Positions 38,785-48,203 of a stretch of 64,000 bases of DNA are shown in pieces. A program made the translations under genes and the position numbers. Below the pieces are notes generated by a model. The model saw only the letters and a program-made list of their open reading frames with translations, ran no database searches and was not told the DNA's origin. The DNA comes from an uncultured Chloroflexia bacterium (GTDB lineage Bacteria; Chloroflexota; Limnocylindria; Limnocylindrales; CSP1-4): positions 81,103 to 145,102 of the forward strand of contig CAVTJD010000010.1 in the NCBI GenBank assembly GCA_963734995.1, in the 5' to 3' direction. Positions within the stretch are counted from its first letter, which is position 1. Every line of letters starts with the position of its first letter.

Positions 38785-40167
38785 TCAGCTGTCGCGGGTG
38801 GCGGTGGCTGACGTCGCGGGCACAGGATCCGGCTGAGACCCGACGCTCGCCAGGGCCAGATCGAGCGCCTCGGCCAGCCCATCGACGATGCGGACCAGCT
38901 CCTCGTCGGTGATCACGAACGGCGGCCCGAGCAGGATCACATCCCCGTCGACACCGTTGGCGTTCCCTGTCCCCCAGTACACCAGCAGCCCATGCTCCCG
39001 AGCGATCCGCACCACGGACTCCGCCAGCCTCGTGGCCCTCGGGAACGGCTCGCGTGTCTCGCGGTCGCGCACCAGCTCGAGCCCCACCATCAGCCCGCGG
39101 CCTCGAATGTCGCCCACCGCCGGGTGGTCGCCGAGCCGCTCGCGCAGCAGCTGCACCAGCCGCTCCCCCTTCACCCGCGAGGCTTCGACCAGCGACTCCG
39201 ACTCCAGGATGCGGAGGACCGCCCGGGCAACGGCGGCGCCGACCGGCTGATGCGAGTAGGTGAACCCGTGGACGAACGGACCGGCCGAGGTCACCCGGTC
39301 GTGGATCTCGCCCGACGCCGCCACGAACCCGAACGGCCAGTAGCCCGACGTCGCCCCCTTCGCGGCAACCAGCAGATCGGCACGGACCTCGTCGTGGTCC
39401 AGCGCGAACCAGGTGCCCGTCCGGCCGAACCCGGTCATGACCTCGTCCGCGATGAGCAGCACGCCGTGATGGCGGCACACGTCGGCGACCGCGCGCCAGT
39501 AGCCCGCCGGTGGCGCGACGGCGCCCAGCGACGCGCCGACGATCGGCTCGGCGACGAACGCGGCGACCGTCCCCGGACCCGCGGCCGTGATCATGCGGTC
39601 CAGCTCGTCGACGAGCGCCTGCGTGGTCCCCAGCGCCTGGGCACCGGGATCGCCCGCGCGATACGGGTATGCGGCGCTCACGTGCCGGAAGCGGCCCAGC
39701 CATCCCTCGTACGGCCGGCGCAGCGGCTTGCGGCCCGACAGGTCGAGCGCACCCAGCGTGTTGCCGTGGTAGCTAGACCAGCGGGCGATCACGACCCAGC
39801 GGTCCGGCTCCCCACGCGCGAGCTGCATGGCGCGAGCCAGCTTGAGCGCCGTCTCGATCGCCTCGGACCCTCCGGACACCGGGTAGATCGCCGGATCGTC
39901 GACCGGCAGGTGCGGACCGATCTCCGCGGCGTACCGCTCGAGCGGCTCGTTGGTGAAGGCGCTCCCGTGGGCATAGGAGACGCGGGCCACCTGGTCGGCG
40001 ATCGCATCGGCGACCTCGCGTCGACCGTGACCCACGTTCACGACCACCGCGCCACCCGCCGCATCGAGATACTCGCGGCCGTCCGCGTCGACGATGGTCG
40101 ACCCGTGCGCCTCGACCGCGACGGCCGGGTTCGGATACGCCGAGCGACGGAAGACGCGCCCGCTCAT
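38785..40167 (-). CDS. Class-III (omega) aminotransferase, PLP-dependent
   Basis: The block GHGRREVADAI...SGGSEAIETALKLAR...LLIADEVMTGFGRTG...AKGATSGYWPFG (Schiff-base Lys) is present. Confidence 0.85.
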   Translation of the reverse strand: MSGRVFRRSAYPNPAVAVEAHGSTIVDADGREYLDAAGGAVVVNVGHGRREVADAIADQVARVSYAHGSAFTNEPLERYAAEIGPHLPVDDPAIYPVSGGSEAIETALKLARAMQLARGEPDRWVVIARWSSYHGNTLGALDLSGRKPLRRPYEGWLGRFRHVSAAYPYRAGDPGAQALGTTQALVDELDRMITAAGPGTVAAFVAEPIVGASLGAVAPPAGYWRAVADVCRHHGVLLIADEVMTGFGRTGTWFALDHDEVRADLLVAAKGATSGYWPFGFVAASGEIHDRVTSAGPFVHGFTYSHQPVGAAVARAVLRILESESLVEASRVKGERLVQLLRERLGDHPAVGDIRGRGLMVGLELVRDRETREPFPRATRLAESVVRIAREHGLLVYWGTGNANGVDGDVILLGPPFVITDEELVRIVDGLAEALDLALASVGSQPDPVPATSATATRDS

Positions 40168-40407
40168 GACGCGGCGCCGATGCAAGAGATCACGGCTCGA
40201 TTGTAGGTTCCGGACGCGCAGTCGGAGCGGTCGCTGCCGCGTGACGGTGTTCGCACCGGCCCGAGGCCGGCCTGAAGCGCAGGTTGCGCGGGTGCCACGG
40301 CGCCCCGGGCCTCGGGAACCGTGGGAAGGGAGACGGTTCCGGGAGCCCGGGGCGCCGGGAGTGCGGACGGGCTGATGCCCGCCCGAGTCAGGTGGGACGC
40401 GGGGACG

Positions 40408-41607
40408 CTAGACGCGACCCCTCGGGACGGTGTGCCAGTAGGTCTTGTTGAACACGATCTTGCCCAGATGCCACAGCTGGTTCGGCTTGGGTGGCCGCGG
40501 CGGATGCTCGTAGTCGAACTGGAGCAGGGTGCCCTTCCCGTCACCGACCTCGAAGAAGCACATGACCTTGCCGGTGTAGGTGGCGTCCTTGCCGTGGGGC
40601 TTGCGACCGAGCACCGCCGCCGCGACACGCTCGGCCACGATCGGCGCCTCGAAATGCGCGGTGGAGCCGGCCTTCGAGAGCGGCAGGTCGGTGGCATCGC
40701 CCAGCGCGTGGATGTTGGCGTAGCGCGGGATGTCCTCGTCGGCCTGGCCCGGAGCCGGCTTGGCCACGGTCTTGACCTGCAGGGTGTGGCGGTCGGTGGG
40801 CAGCCAGCCTGACTTGGGCGCGAGCCCCGAGTCGATCAGCATCTGGGCGCCCTTGTGGGGCGGCACGACGATCAGCAGATCGTACGGGTGCTCCTCGAAC
40901 GCGTCGGTGATCGCCACCTTGCGTTCGGCGTCGATCTGGGCGATCCCGGCCAGCAGCTCCAGGTGGATGTCCTTCTGTTCGAAGATCGGGGTGACCATCT
41001 CGGACACGCTCTCGATCGTGAACGCACGGTTGATCGGCGACAGGAACGTGATCTCGCTCTTGTCGCGCAGCCCGCGCTCGCGGAGCTCGGATTCGATCAG
41101 GAACGCGACCTCGAGCGGCGCCGGTGGGCATTTGTACGGGATCCCGGCGATCCCGATCACGATCTTCCCGCCCCGGAACCCGTCGAGCGCCTTGCGCAGC
41201 TTGGCCGCCGCGCCGGGCGTGTAGAAGTGGTGCGCCTCGGTGTCGAAGCCGTCGATCAGCTCGGGCATGATCCGCGACCCGGTCGCGACCACGAGCTGGT
41301 CATAGTGGAGCGTGTCTCCCGACGCCAGCTCCACCGACTGGCGCTCCACGTCGACCCGCACGATCCTGTCGACCACGAGATCGACGTTGCCGTCGAGCAA
41401 CGACTTCTCGGAGCGCACGAGCCGCTCCGGCTTCTCGTTGCCCATGGCGATGTACATGTAGCCCGGCTGATAGGTGTGGCGGCCCGTGGCGTCGACGATC
41501 GTGACCTTCGCCTCCTGCCGTGCGATGGCCCGCTTGAGCTTGCGCGCGATCAGGTTGGCGGCGAGGGTGCCGCCAACCCCGCCGCCCAGGACGACGACCC
41601 GCTGCAT
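40408..41607 (-). CDS. Sulfide:quinone oxidoreductase-type FAD-dependent pyridine nucleotide-disulfide oxidoreductase
   Basis: It has the N-terminal FAD motif VVVLGGGVGG and a Cys in KCPPAPLE. The protein translated from ATG 41607 is about 400 aa. It sits in a TusA/DsrE context. Confidence 0.7.
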   Translation of the reverse strand: MQRVVVLGGGVGGTLAANLIARKLKRAIARQEAKVTIVDATGRHTYQPGYMYIAMGNEKPERLVRSEKSLLDGNVDLVVDRIVRVDVERQSVELASGDTLHYDQLVVATGSRIMPELIDGFDTEAHHFYTPGAAAKLRKALDGFRGGKIVIGIAGIPYKCPPAPLEVAFLIESELRERGLRDKSEITFLSPINRAFTIESVSEMVTPIFEQKDIHLELLAGIAQIDAERKVAITDAFEEHPYDLLIVVPPHKGAQMLIDSGLAPKSGWLPTDRHTLQVKTVAKPAPGQADEDIPRYANIHALGDATDLPLSKAGSTAHFEAPIVAERVAAAVLGRKPHGKDATYTGKVMCFFEVGDGKGTLLQFDYEHPPRPPKPNQLWHLGKIVFNKTYWHTVPRGRV

Positions 41608-41612
41608 CGGTG

Positions 41613-41861
41613 CTACCGGACCTTTTCGACCACGATCTCGTCGTAGCCGTCGCGGGTGAACACGCCGATCAGGTTGTGACCGGCCTTCTCGATCCACTTG
41701 GGGATATCGGTCTTGCTGCCGTTGTCCGACGACAGGATGGCGAGCACGTCACCGACCTCGGCCTCGCGCATGCCGCGAATGAGCTCCATCAACGGCCCGG
41801 GGCAGAAGCTGCCGCGCGCGTCGAGGGTGGTGGTGATGGCAGGCGTGGTTGTGTCACTCAT
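41613..41861 (-). CDS. TusA-like sulfurtransferase (SirA/YedF/YeeD family)
   Basis: It has the active-site motif CPGPLM in an ORF of about 80 aa. Confidence 0.8.
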   Translation of the reverse strand: MSDTTTPAITTTLDARGSFCPGPLMELIRGMREAEVGDVLAILSSDNGSKTDIPKWIEKAGHNLIGVFTRDGYDEIVVEKVR

Positions 41862-41939
41862 CGGGTTGTCCCTTCCGCAGGTTGCAGGCGACCGGAACCG
41901 GTGCGGAGGGGGCCCGCACGGCTCGCGGCTCGCTGATGC

Positions 41940-42489
41940 TCAGATGAACAGCGGGGCGTAGCCCTCGCCGACGTAGGACAGGTAGGTGGCTGCCCCGACC
42001 GGCTCGCCCATGCCCTCGATGAGGTTCTCGCGCTTGAGGCCGAACATGTCCATGGTCATCTGGCACGGGATGAACTCGACACCCATGGCGGCGGCGATCT
42101 CGAGCAGCTCCTTGGGGCTGGCGACGTTGTACTTCTTGGCAAGCTTGCGCATCATCCACGGGCCCATGCCGAAGAAGTTCATCTTCGAGAGCTTCCGGTG
42201 GCTGATGCCCGGTCGCTGCATGAACGACATCATCTGCTGCATCCAGTTCTCGCCCGTGATGCGCACGTCGTCCTTGACGAAGGTCTGGAGGCCCCAGAAG
42301 GTGACGAACACCTTGGTCGGCATCGCCATGGCGCCGGCGGTCGAGGCCAGGATCATCGCGGCCCAGGTCTTCTCGAGGTCGCCGCTGTAGCAGATGATCG
42401 CGAGGCCCTTGGGCTTGGCGGACTGGTCCGGCTCCTCGGCCGGCTCGGGCATCGTCTCGGGGATGACGGGGGATTCGGCGACGGTCATC
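41940..42489 (-). CDS. DsrE/DsrF-like family protein
   Basis: It has the DsrE-fold pattern (GLAIICYSGDLEKTWAAMILA…FIPCQM). The start is at MTVAESP. Confidence 0.6.
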
Positions 42490-42498
42490 GATCGGCCC

Positions 42499-42735
42499 TC
42501 ACTTCTTGCGCAGAACGAAGTGGAACTCGCCACCGTCCGCCGTCTGCTCGACGATCTCGTTGCCGGTGGTCTTGGACCACGCCGCGAAGTCCTTCACGGA
42601 CCCGGGGTCGGTCGCGATCACCTCGACCGTCTGACCCGACGCGAGACCCTTCACCGCCTGCGCGGTGCGGACGATCGGCATCGGACAGTTCAGGCCCCGT
42701 GCGTCGACCGTGAGATCCACGGACACCGTAGCCAT
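42499..42735 (-). CDS. TusA-like sulfurtransferase (second copy)
   Basis: It has the motif GLNCPMPIV (CPxP). Confidence 0.8.
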   Translation of the reverse strand: MATVSVDLTVDARGLNCPMPIVRTAQAVKGLASGQTVEVIATDPGSVKDFAAWSKTTGNEIVEQTADGGEFHFVLRKK

Positions 42736-42782
42736 CGTTGTTGCTCCTTCCCGCGGCGCTCGTGCGCCGCCCTGGTTTGGAC

Positions 42783-43196
42783 CTAGATGAAGACGATCTG
42801 ACCCTCACCCGCGTTGAGGTAGAAGGCAGTGACGCCTTCGGTGCCGTCGACCAGCGGGTCCAGATCCTCGGGTTCGAGGTGGAGGATGTCCATCGACAGC
42901 GAGCATGCCTGGATGTCGACCGAGCCCAGGTCCTTGGCCTGGCGCAAGGTCTCGGCCCAGCTGGCCTGTCCCGCCTTGGCGGCGGCGTCCACCGCGGCCT
43001 TGCCTGCGGCTCCGGCCTCCGGAGCGAGCCCTCGGTCTCCGTCGATCTTGGCCTTCGAGAACGCCTCGAGCGCCCAGTACTGGAGGAAGATGTTCACCGG
43101 TTTGCCCAGCGCGGCGGCACCGGCTGCGAGCACCGCGGCCGCCTGCAGCTTGTCGTCGGTACCCGAGAACAGGACCAGGTTCAGGGGTTCGTCCAT
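42783..43196 (-). CDS. DsrE/DsrF-like family protein (second copy)
   Basis: LVLFSGTDDKLQAAAVLAAGAAALG…IQACSLSMD is DsrE-like, with a conserved Cys. Confidence 0.6.
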   Translation of the reverse strand: MDEPLNLVLFSGTDDKLQAAAVLAAGAAALGKPVNIFLQYWALEAFSKAKIDGDRGLAPEAGAAGKAAVDAAAKAGQASWAETLRQAKDLGSVDIQACSLSMDILHLEPEDLDPLVDGTEGVTAFYLNAGEGQIVFI

Positions 43197-43222
43197 GGGG
43201 GTTGGTTCCTTCCCGAGTTTGG

Positions 43223-43564
43223 CTACTGCGTTTCCACGAGCTCAGCTGCCTGATCCAGGTGCGACAGCCGGCCGAGCCGGGTCAGTCGCCGCTGGAGGAC
43301 GCCACGCATGACCGAGCAGGCCACCACGACGTCGAGATCGGTGAGCCGGTAACGCATCTCGCGGCCGTCGCGCTCCGCGTCGACGATTCCGGCGCTGCGC
43401 AGAACGGCCAGGTGCTGTGAGATATTCGGCTGGCTGACACCCAGCTCTTCGGCCAGGCGCCCGACCTCGCATGGTCCCTGCGCCAGGCGATGCACGATCT
43501 CCAGCCGCCGGGGACTCGCGAGCGTCTTGAGCACCTCCGCCTGGAGGGTCGTGATCTCGTCCAT
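43223..43564 (-). CDS. ArsR/SmtB-family transcriptional regulator; two Cys residues suggest a possible persulfide/sulfide sensor of the BigR/SqrR type
   Basis: It has the wHTH RRLEIVHRLAQGPCEVGRLAEELGVSQPNISQHLAVL, and it sits in a sulfur-trafficking operon. Confidence 0.75.
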   Translation of the reverse strand: MDEITTLQAEVLKTLASPRRLEIVHRLAQGPCEVGRLAEELGVSQPNISQHLAVLRSAGIVDAERDGREMRYRLTDLDVVVACSVMRGVLQRRLTRLGRLSHLDQAAELVETQ

Positions 43565-43572
43565 GCGTCTGA

Positions 43573-43600
43573 GTATCGATACATGCGCAGATGCGCATGA
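43573..43600. promoter_or_regulatory. Two adjacent perfect palindromes, GTATCGATAC and CATGCGCA-ga-TGCGCATG, a candidate ArsR-family operator
   Basis: They lie 9–36 bp upstream of the ArsR-family gene start (43564) in the 370-bp divergent intergenic region. Confidence 0.5.
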
Positions 43601-43936
43601 GAGCCGACGGTCACGACCGGCCGGGCCGTTGGACTGCTGCGGGGGGCCGGTCGGCCCGGGCCGACCGGGGCTGAGATCCGGCGCTGCTCCCAGCTGGGTC
43701 GTGCCACGAGGCTACAGCCCAAGGGTCGGGGTGGCAGTGCGAAGCCGCACCACGCCGCCGGGGTCAACCGGATTGCCCCGATCGCTCCCCCCGTCTCGAC
43801 CACGGACAGGCCATCCGCCCCTGACGGTGCGGCCGGATGTCCCTCGCGCTCGGCACAGCCGCCGCACATGCTCGTGGCGGATCGGATGCCCTGGCGTCCC
43901 GGATCCGGGCACAGGGCCCCGGAGAGGAGGCGCGCG

Positions 43937-44452
43937 ATGGCTGTCGTAACTCCGAGCTCGGGACCCCACCCGGGCCTGATCGACTGGCTCGCCGGTCGTC
44001 ACGTCGAGTACGAGCTGCACGAGCATTCCGAGACGTTCACGGCCGAGGCGACGGCACGAGCCGAACACCTCGATCCCCACCGGTTCGCGAAGGTCGTGGG
44101 GGTCGTGTCCGGCGACGGCCGTCGGACCCTGCTGGTGGTCGATGCCGATGATCACGTCGACCTCGTCAGGGCACGCCGCGCGCTCGACGCGGATGACATG
44201 CGAATCATGACCGAGGCGGAGTTCGCCGCCCTGGCCCCTGACTGCGAGGCGGGCACCATGCCACCCGTCCCGGACCTGTGGGGCGTGCCCGTCTATGCGG
44301 ACTTCGCCGTCCGCGATTCCGCCGAGATCGCGTTCCATGCCGGGAGCCACCGCTACGCGGTTCACGTCGATCGGCAGGCATGGGAGCAGGCGGCCGGCGT
44401 CCACTACGCCAATCTCGCGCAGGTCTCCGATGAGCCTGCCTGGGCGCGCTGA
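43937..44452 (+). CDS. YbaK/ProX-type aminoacyl-tRNA deacylase domain protein
   Basis: It has YbaK-like blocks (VKVVGVVSGDGRRTLLVV; VPVYADFAVRDSAEIAFHAGSH). The start is at MAVVTPSSG. Confidence 0.55.
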   Translation: MAVVTPSSGPHPGLIDWLAGRHVEYELHEHSETFTAEATARAEHLDPHRFAKVVGVVSGDGRRTLLVVDADDHVDLVRARRALDADDMRIMTEAEFAALAPDCEAGTMPPVPDLWGVPVYADFAVRDSAEIAFHAGSHRYAVHVDRQAWEQAAGVHYANLAQVSDEPAWAR

Positions 44453-44464
44453 GCGGGCGCGGAC

Positions 44465-44923
44465 ATGAACCTGCGCACGATCGACGGAGCCACGACGCTG
44501 GTCTGGATCGACAGTGAGGAGGCCATCATCATCCGCTGGGCCGATCGCGCGACCGTCGAGCGCATTCGGTCCGATGTCGAGGGCAGGCACCGATCGACCG
44601 GACACGTCCGCGTCGACCCGCTGGTGCGTCACGGCGGCGGTGGACCGAGCGGCCCGGGGCTGGAGCGCGCTCGACGAGAGCACCTGCGCGCGTTTCTGGA
44701 CGACGTGATCACCCACGTGCCCGACCGCGACGACGTCACCGTCGTGGGGCCGGGACTGGTTCGGCAGCGCCTCGAGCGCAGCCTGCGGGCCGACGATCGC
44801 CAGCACAGCCGTCGACGGCGCGTTCGATCCGCGGCGGCCGATCGGCTGACCGAGCAGGCGCTGGTGGCGCATGTTCGTGAGCTCGCCGGGGACGCTCCCA
44901 GGCGGCACGGCGCGCCGGCCTGA
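44465..44923 (+). CDS. Hypothetical protein
   Basis: This is a 152-aa ORF with a protein-like N-terminal half and no recognisable motif. Confidence 0.4.
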   Translation: MNLRTIDGATTLVWIDSEEAIIIRWADRATVERIRSDVEGRHRSTGHVRVDPLVRHGGGGPSGPGLERARREHLRAFLDDVITHVPDRDDVTVVGPGLVRQRLERSLRADDRQHSRRRRVRSAAADRLTEQALVAHVRELAGDAPRRHGAPA

Positions 44924-45123
44924 TCGGGAGCGGATCGGAGATCCGACGATCCGCGGCCACGGGCGACACGCCGGCGCCGCGGGCCGCCGCGGGCTTCGTG
45001 GCAGCGTCGTGGCCCCCCCTGATCGAGGGGTTCGCGTAGGGAGGACCGGCCCTCCCCGCGGATGCGGTTCGGCCCTCCCGGCACCCGCGTCGCGCGGCCA
45101 TGCTCGACATCGGAGGTGCCTGC

Positions 45124-45408
45124 ATGGCCATGTCCACTCCGCTCGTCGACGCCCCACTTCGACGTTCGTCGAGCGCTCTCCCCGGCTTCCGGCCGGTCCT
45201 CGTGACACACGAGCGGTGCAAGGGCTGCGGCCTGTGCATCGACGTCTGCGCACCGCACGTCCTCGAGCTCGACGTGGCGGTGGTCAACGCGATGGGCCAT
45301 CACCCGGTCCATCTCACCGACCCAGCGGGCTGCACCAGCTGCGCCAAGTGCGCGCGCGTGTGCCCCGATGCGGCGCTCACCATCTTCGCTCGCCCGAAGG
45401 AGGCCTGA
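45124..45408 (+). CDS. 4Fe-4S dicluster ferredoxin, delta subunit of 2-oxoacid:ferredoxin oxidoreductase
   Basis: It has [13 protein letters not shown] and [12 protein letters not shown] motifs. A GGAGGTG RBS sits 5 nt upstream of ATG 45124. Confidence 0.65.
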   Translation: MAMSTPLVDAPLRRSSSALPGFRPVLVTHERCKGCGLCIDVCAPHVLELDVAVVNAMGHHPVHLTDPAGCTSCAKCARVCPDAALTIFARPKEA

Positions 45409-45410
45409 CC

Positions 45411-46646
45411 ATGGCCGTCCTGGATCGTCCCCCGGCCGCCGAGCGCGAGCGTGCCATCGCCTCGCCGCCCGGGACCGGCGGCGAGGCGTCTCCCCCGTCC
45501 GGGGCTGCCGAGCGCGTCCTGATGAAGGGCAACGAGGCCATCGCCGAAGCCGCCATCGCGGCCGGCTGCGACGCGTACTTCGGCTATCCGATCACGCCCC
45601 AGGCGGAGCTCCTGGAGTGGATGGCCCGGCGGATGCCCGAGGAGGGGCGGGTGTTCGTCCAGGCCGAGAGCGAGGTGGCCGCGATCAACATGGCGCTGGG
45701 CGCGGCGGCCACAGGGGCCCGCGTCCTGGTGTCCAGCTCCAGCCCCGGCATCAGCCTCATGGCCGAGGGCATGTCCTACATGGCCGGGTCCCGCCTGCCC
45801 GTGGTCCTGGTGAACGTGATGCGCGGCGGCCCCGGGCTGGGCAGCATCGGCGCGGCCCAGGGCGACTACTTCCAGGCGACGAAGGGCCACGGCCATGGCG
45901 ACTACCGGGTGCCGGTCCTGGCTCCGGCCTCGATCGCCGAGGCGATCGACCTCGTGGGCGATGCCTTCGTGCTCGCCGAGCGCTACCGGACGCCGGTGAT
46001 GATCCTCGCCGACGGCACCCTGGGACAGGCGATGGAGCCGGTCGTCCCGGGGTTCAGATCGGTCCCACGGACACCCGCGGACTGGACGGTCGAAGGCGCG
46101 GCGGGCCGGCCTCCTCGAGTCGTCAAGTCGCTCCGCCTGCATCCACAGGACCTGGAGCAGCACAACCTCGACCTGCAGGCGAGCTACGCGGAGATCGTGG
46201 CCCGCGAACAGCGCTGGGCCGGCGAATCGCTCGACGGCGCGGAGGTCGTCGTGGTCGCGTACGGAACAGCTGCCCGCGTCGCTCGCACGGCGGTGCAGCG
46301 GGCACGAGGCGTCGGGCTGCGGGCCGGGCTGTTCCGGCCGATCACGCTGTGGCCGTTCCCCGCCGAGGCGCTCCGCGCTGCGACCGCCGGAGCGCGGGCA
46401 GTGCTGGCCGTCGAGCTATCGGCAGGCCAGATGGTCGAGGACGTCCGGCTGGCGCTCGAAGGAGCCGTGCCGGTGTTTCACCACGGCCGGATGGGCGGCA
46501 TGGTGCCCAGCCCCGACGAGGTGCTGGGTGCGATGCGCCGGGCCTGGTCGGTGACACCGGGTGCTGATCCTGCCACGAAGCAGGGGGTCGAACCGGCGGA
46601 CACGCCGACCGACGAACGCTCGCGGACGTGCGGAGGCGTGCGATGA
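45411..46646 (+). CDS. 2-oxoacid:ferredoxin oxidoreductase alpha subunit (KorA/PorA-type)
   Basis: It has the N-terminal [27 protein letters not shown] and an alpha-subunit fold throughout. Confidence 0.85.
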   Translation: MAVLDRPPAAERERAIASPPGTGGEASPPSGAAERVLMKGNEAIAEAAIAAGCDAYFGYPITPQAELLEWMARRMPEEGRVFVQAESEVAAINMALGAAATGARVLVSSSSPGISLMAEGMSYMAGSRLPVVLVNVMRGGPGLGSIGAAQGDYFQATKGHGHGDYRVPVLAPASIAEAIDLVGDAFVLAERYRTPVMILADGTLGQAMEPVVPGFRSVPRTPADWTVEGAAGRPPRVVKSLRLHPQDLEQHNLDLQASYAEIVAREQRWAGESLDGAEVVVVAYGTAARVARTAVQRARGVGLRAGLFRPITLWPFPAEALRAATAGARAVLAVELSAGQMVEDVRLALEGAVPVFHHGRMGGMVPSPDEVLGAMRRAWSVTPGADPATKQGVEPADTPTDERSRTCGGVR

Positions 46647-47569
46647 CCGCGCTCAAGGGCACCGGTCCACTCGGGACAGCGGCGACCGGCCATCGACCCG
46701 TCGGGCGAGAGGCACGCACGATCTACCGCCGTCCATCGCTCCTCTCGAACCCCACCAGCTACTGCCCGGGATGCGGGCACGGCATCGTCCACCGCCTGGT
46801 GGCCGAGGTGCTCGAGGAGCTCGCGCTTGGCGAGCGGACGATCCTGGTCGGGTCGGTGGGCTGCTCGGTGTTCGCGTATGACTACCTCGCGCTCGACTCG
46901 GTCGAGTCGCCGCACGGGCGGGCGGCCGCCGTGGCCACGGGCGTGAAGCGGGTTCGGCCGGACCGGGTCGTGTTCACGTACCAGGGTGACGGTGATCTGG
47001 CCGCGATCGGCAGCGCCGAGATCCTGCATGCAGCGGCACGCGGCGAGCGGATCACCGTGATCTTCGTCAACAACGGCATCTACGGCATGACGGGTGGCCA
47101 GATGGCGCCGACCACGCTGCCCGGCCAGCGCACCACGTCCAGCCCGACGGGCCGCGATCCCGCGGTCGCCGGCTACCCCGTTCCGGTCACCGAGCTGCTG
47201 TCGATCCTGCCGGGCGTCGCGTACGCGGCCCGGGTGGCCGTGGCGGACCCGGGGTTGATCGGCAAGGCCAAAGCGGCGATCAAGCGCGCGTTCGAGGTCC
47301 AGCTCGAGGGCACGGGCCTGGCCATCGTGGAGGTGCTGTCCACCTGCCCGGTCGGCTGGGGCCTGACCCCGAGCGAGGCGATGGAACGGGTCAGGGACGA
47401 GGTCATTCCGGCCTTCCCCATCGGCACCTTCGTCGATCGGCGCAAGGGCATCGCCCCGGCGATGCCGGCGCCGGCCGGTCGGCCCGGCATGACCGCCGCG
47501 GGCACGACGACTCCAGGCACGGCCCCGGCGGCTGTCGGGGCCGGCCGGACACCGGCGACGGAGGCGTGA
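46643..47569 (+). CDS. 2-oxoacid:ferredoxin oxidoreductase beta subunit (TPP-binding)
   Basis: It has CPGCGHG, GDGD (TPP/Mg) and [11 protein letters not shown]. It overlaps the alpha stop (ATGA). Confidence 0.85.
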   Translation: MTALKGTGPLGTAATGHRPVGREARTIYRRPSLLSNPTSYCPGCGHGIVHRLVAEVLEELALGERTILVGSVGCSVFAYDYLALDSVESPHGRAAAVATGVKRVRPDRVVFTYQGDGDLAAIGSAEILHAAARGERITVIFVNNGIYGMTGGQMAPTTLPGQRTTSSPTGRDPAVAGYPVPVTELLSILPGVAYAARVAVADPGLIGKAKAAIKRAFEVQLEGTGLAIVEVLSTCPVGWGLTPSEAMERVRDEVIPAFPIGTFVDRRKGIAPAMPAPAGRPGMTAAGTTTPGTAPAAVGAGRTPATEA

Positions 47570-47570
47570 C

Positions 47571-48122
47571 ATGGAATGCTCCACGATCTTCGCCGGGTTC
47601 GGGGGCCAGGGCATCCTGTTCGCGGGCAAGGTGCTGGCCGAGGCGGCCATGCTCGAGGGACGCGAGGTCCTGTGGATTCCGTCCTACGGACCGGAGATGC
47701 GGGGCGGCACCGCCTCGTGCACCGTCATCGTCGCCGATCAGCTGATCGGCTCACCGATCGTCGACCGCGCCGATCACGCCGTGGTCCTCAACCCACCGTC
47801 GCTCGCCAAGTACGGCCCGACGGTGGCGCCGGGCGGGCTGCTGGTCGTCAACACCACGCTCATCGAGGCCGAGTCCGGGCGCGACGACGTCGAGGTGCTC
47901 GAGGTGCCGTGCACGGCGCTGGCGCGGCTGGCGGGCGACGACAAGCTGGTGTCGGTGGTGGCGCTGGGGTCGCTCCTCGGGCGCCGATCGTTCCTGCAGC
48001 CGGACAGCGTGCGCCGCGCGCTCGAGGCCGTGATCGGCGCCAAGCATGCCGATCTGCTGACATCGGACCTGGCCGCCTTCGAGCGTGGCTACGAGGCGGG
48101 CCTCGAGGAGGTCATCGCCTAG
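47571..48122 (+). CDS. 2-oxoacid:ferredoxin oxidoreductase gamma subunit
   Basis: It has FAGFGGQGILFAGKVLAEAA and gamma-subunit conservation. Confidence 0.8.
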   Translation: MECSTIFAGFGGQGILFAGKVLAEAAMLEGREVLWIPSYGPEMRGGTASCTVIVADQLIGSPIVDRADHAVVLNPPSLAKYGPTVAPGGLLVVNTTLIEAESGRDDVEVLEVPCTALARLAGDDKLVSVVALGSLLGRRSFLQPDSVRRALEAVIGAKHADLLTSDLAAFERGYEAGLEEVIA

Positions 48123-48203
48123 CACGACTCGCTGCGCGACGCGCTGCGCGACGCGCTGCGCGACGGGCTCGTTGCGACGGCGCCGCGGGGTAGGCTGCAC
48201 GGC

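Noticed and set aside
44871-46646. The 591-aa ORF suggested a much longer KorA
   Set aside because: The N-terminal roughly 180 codons are Arg/Gly-rich and overlap the ferredoxin (delta subunit) gene in another frame. The KorA start was set at ATG 45411, right after the delta stop, matching canonical alpha-subunit N-termini.
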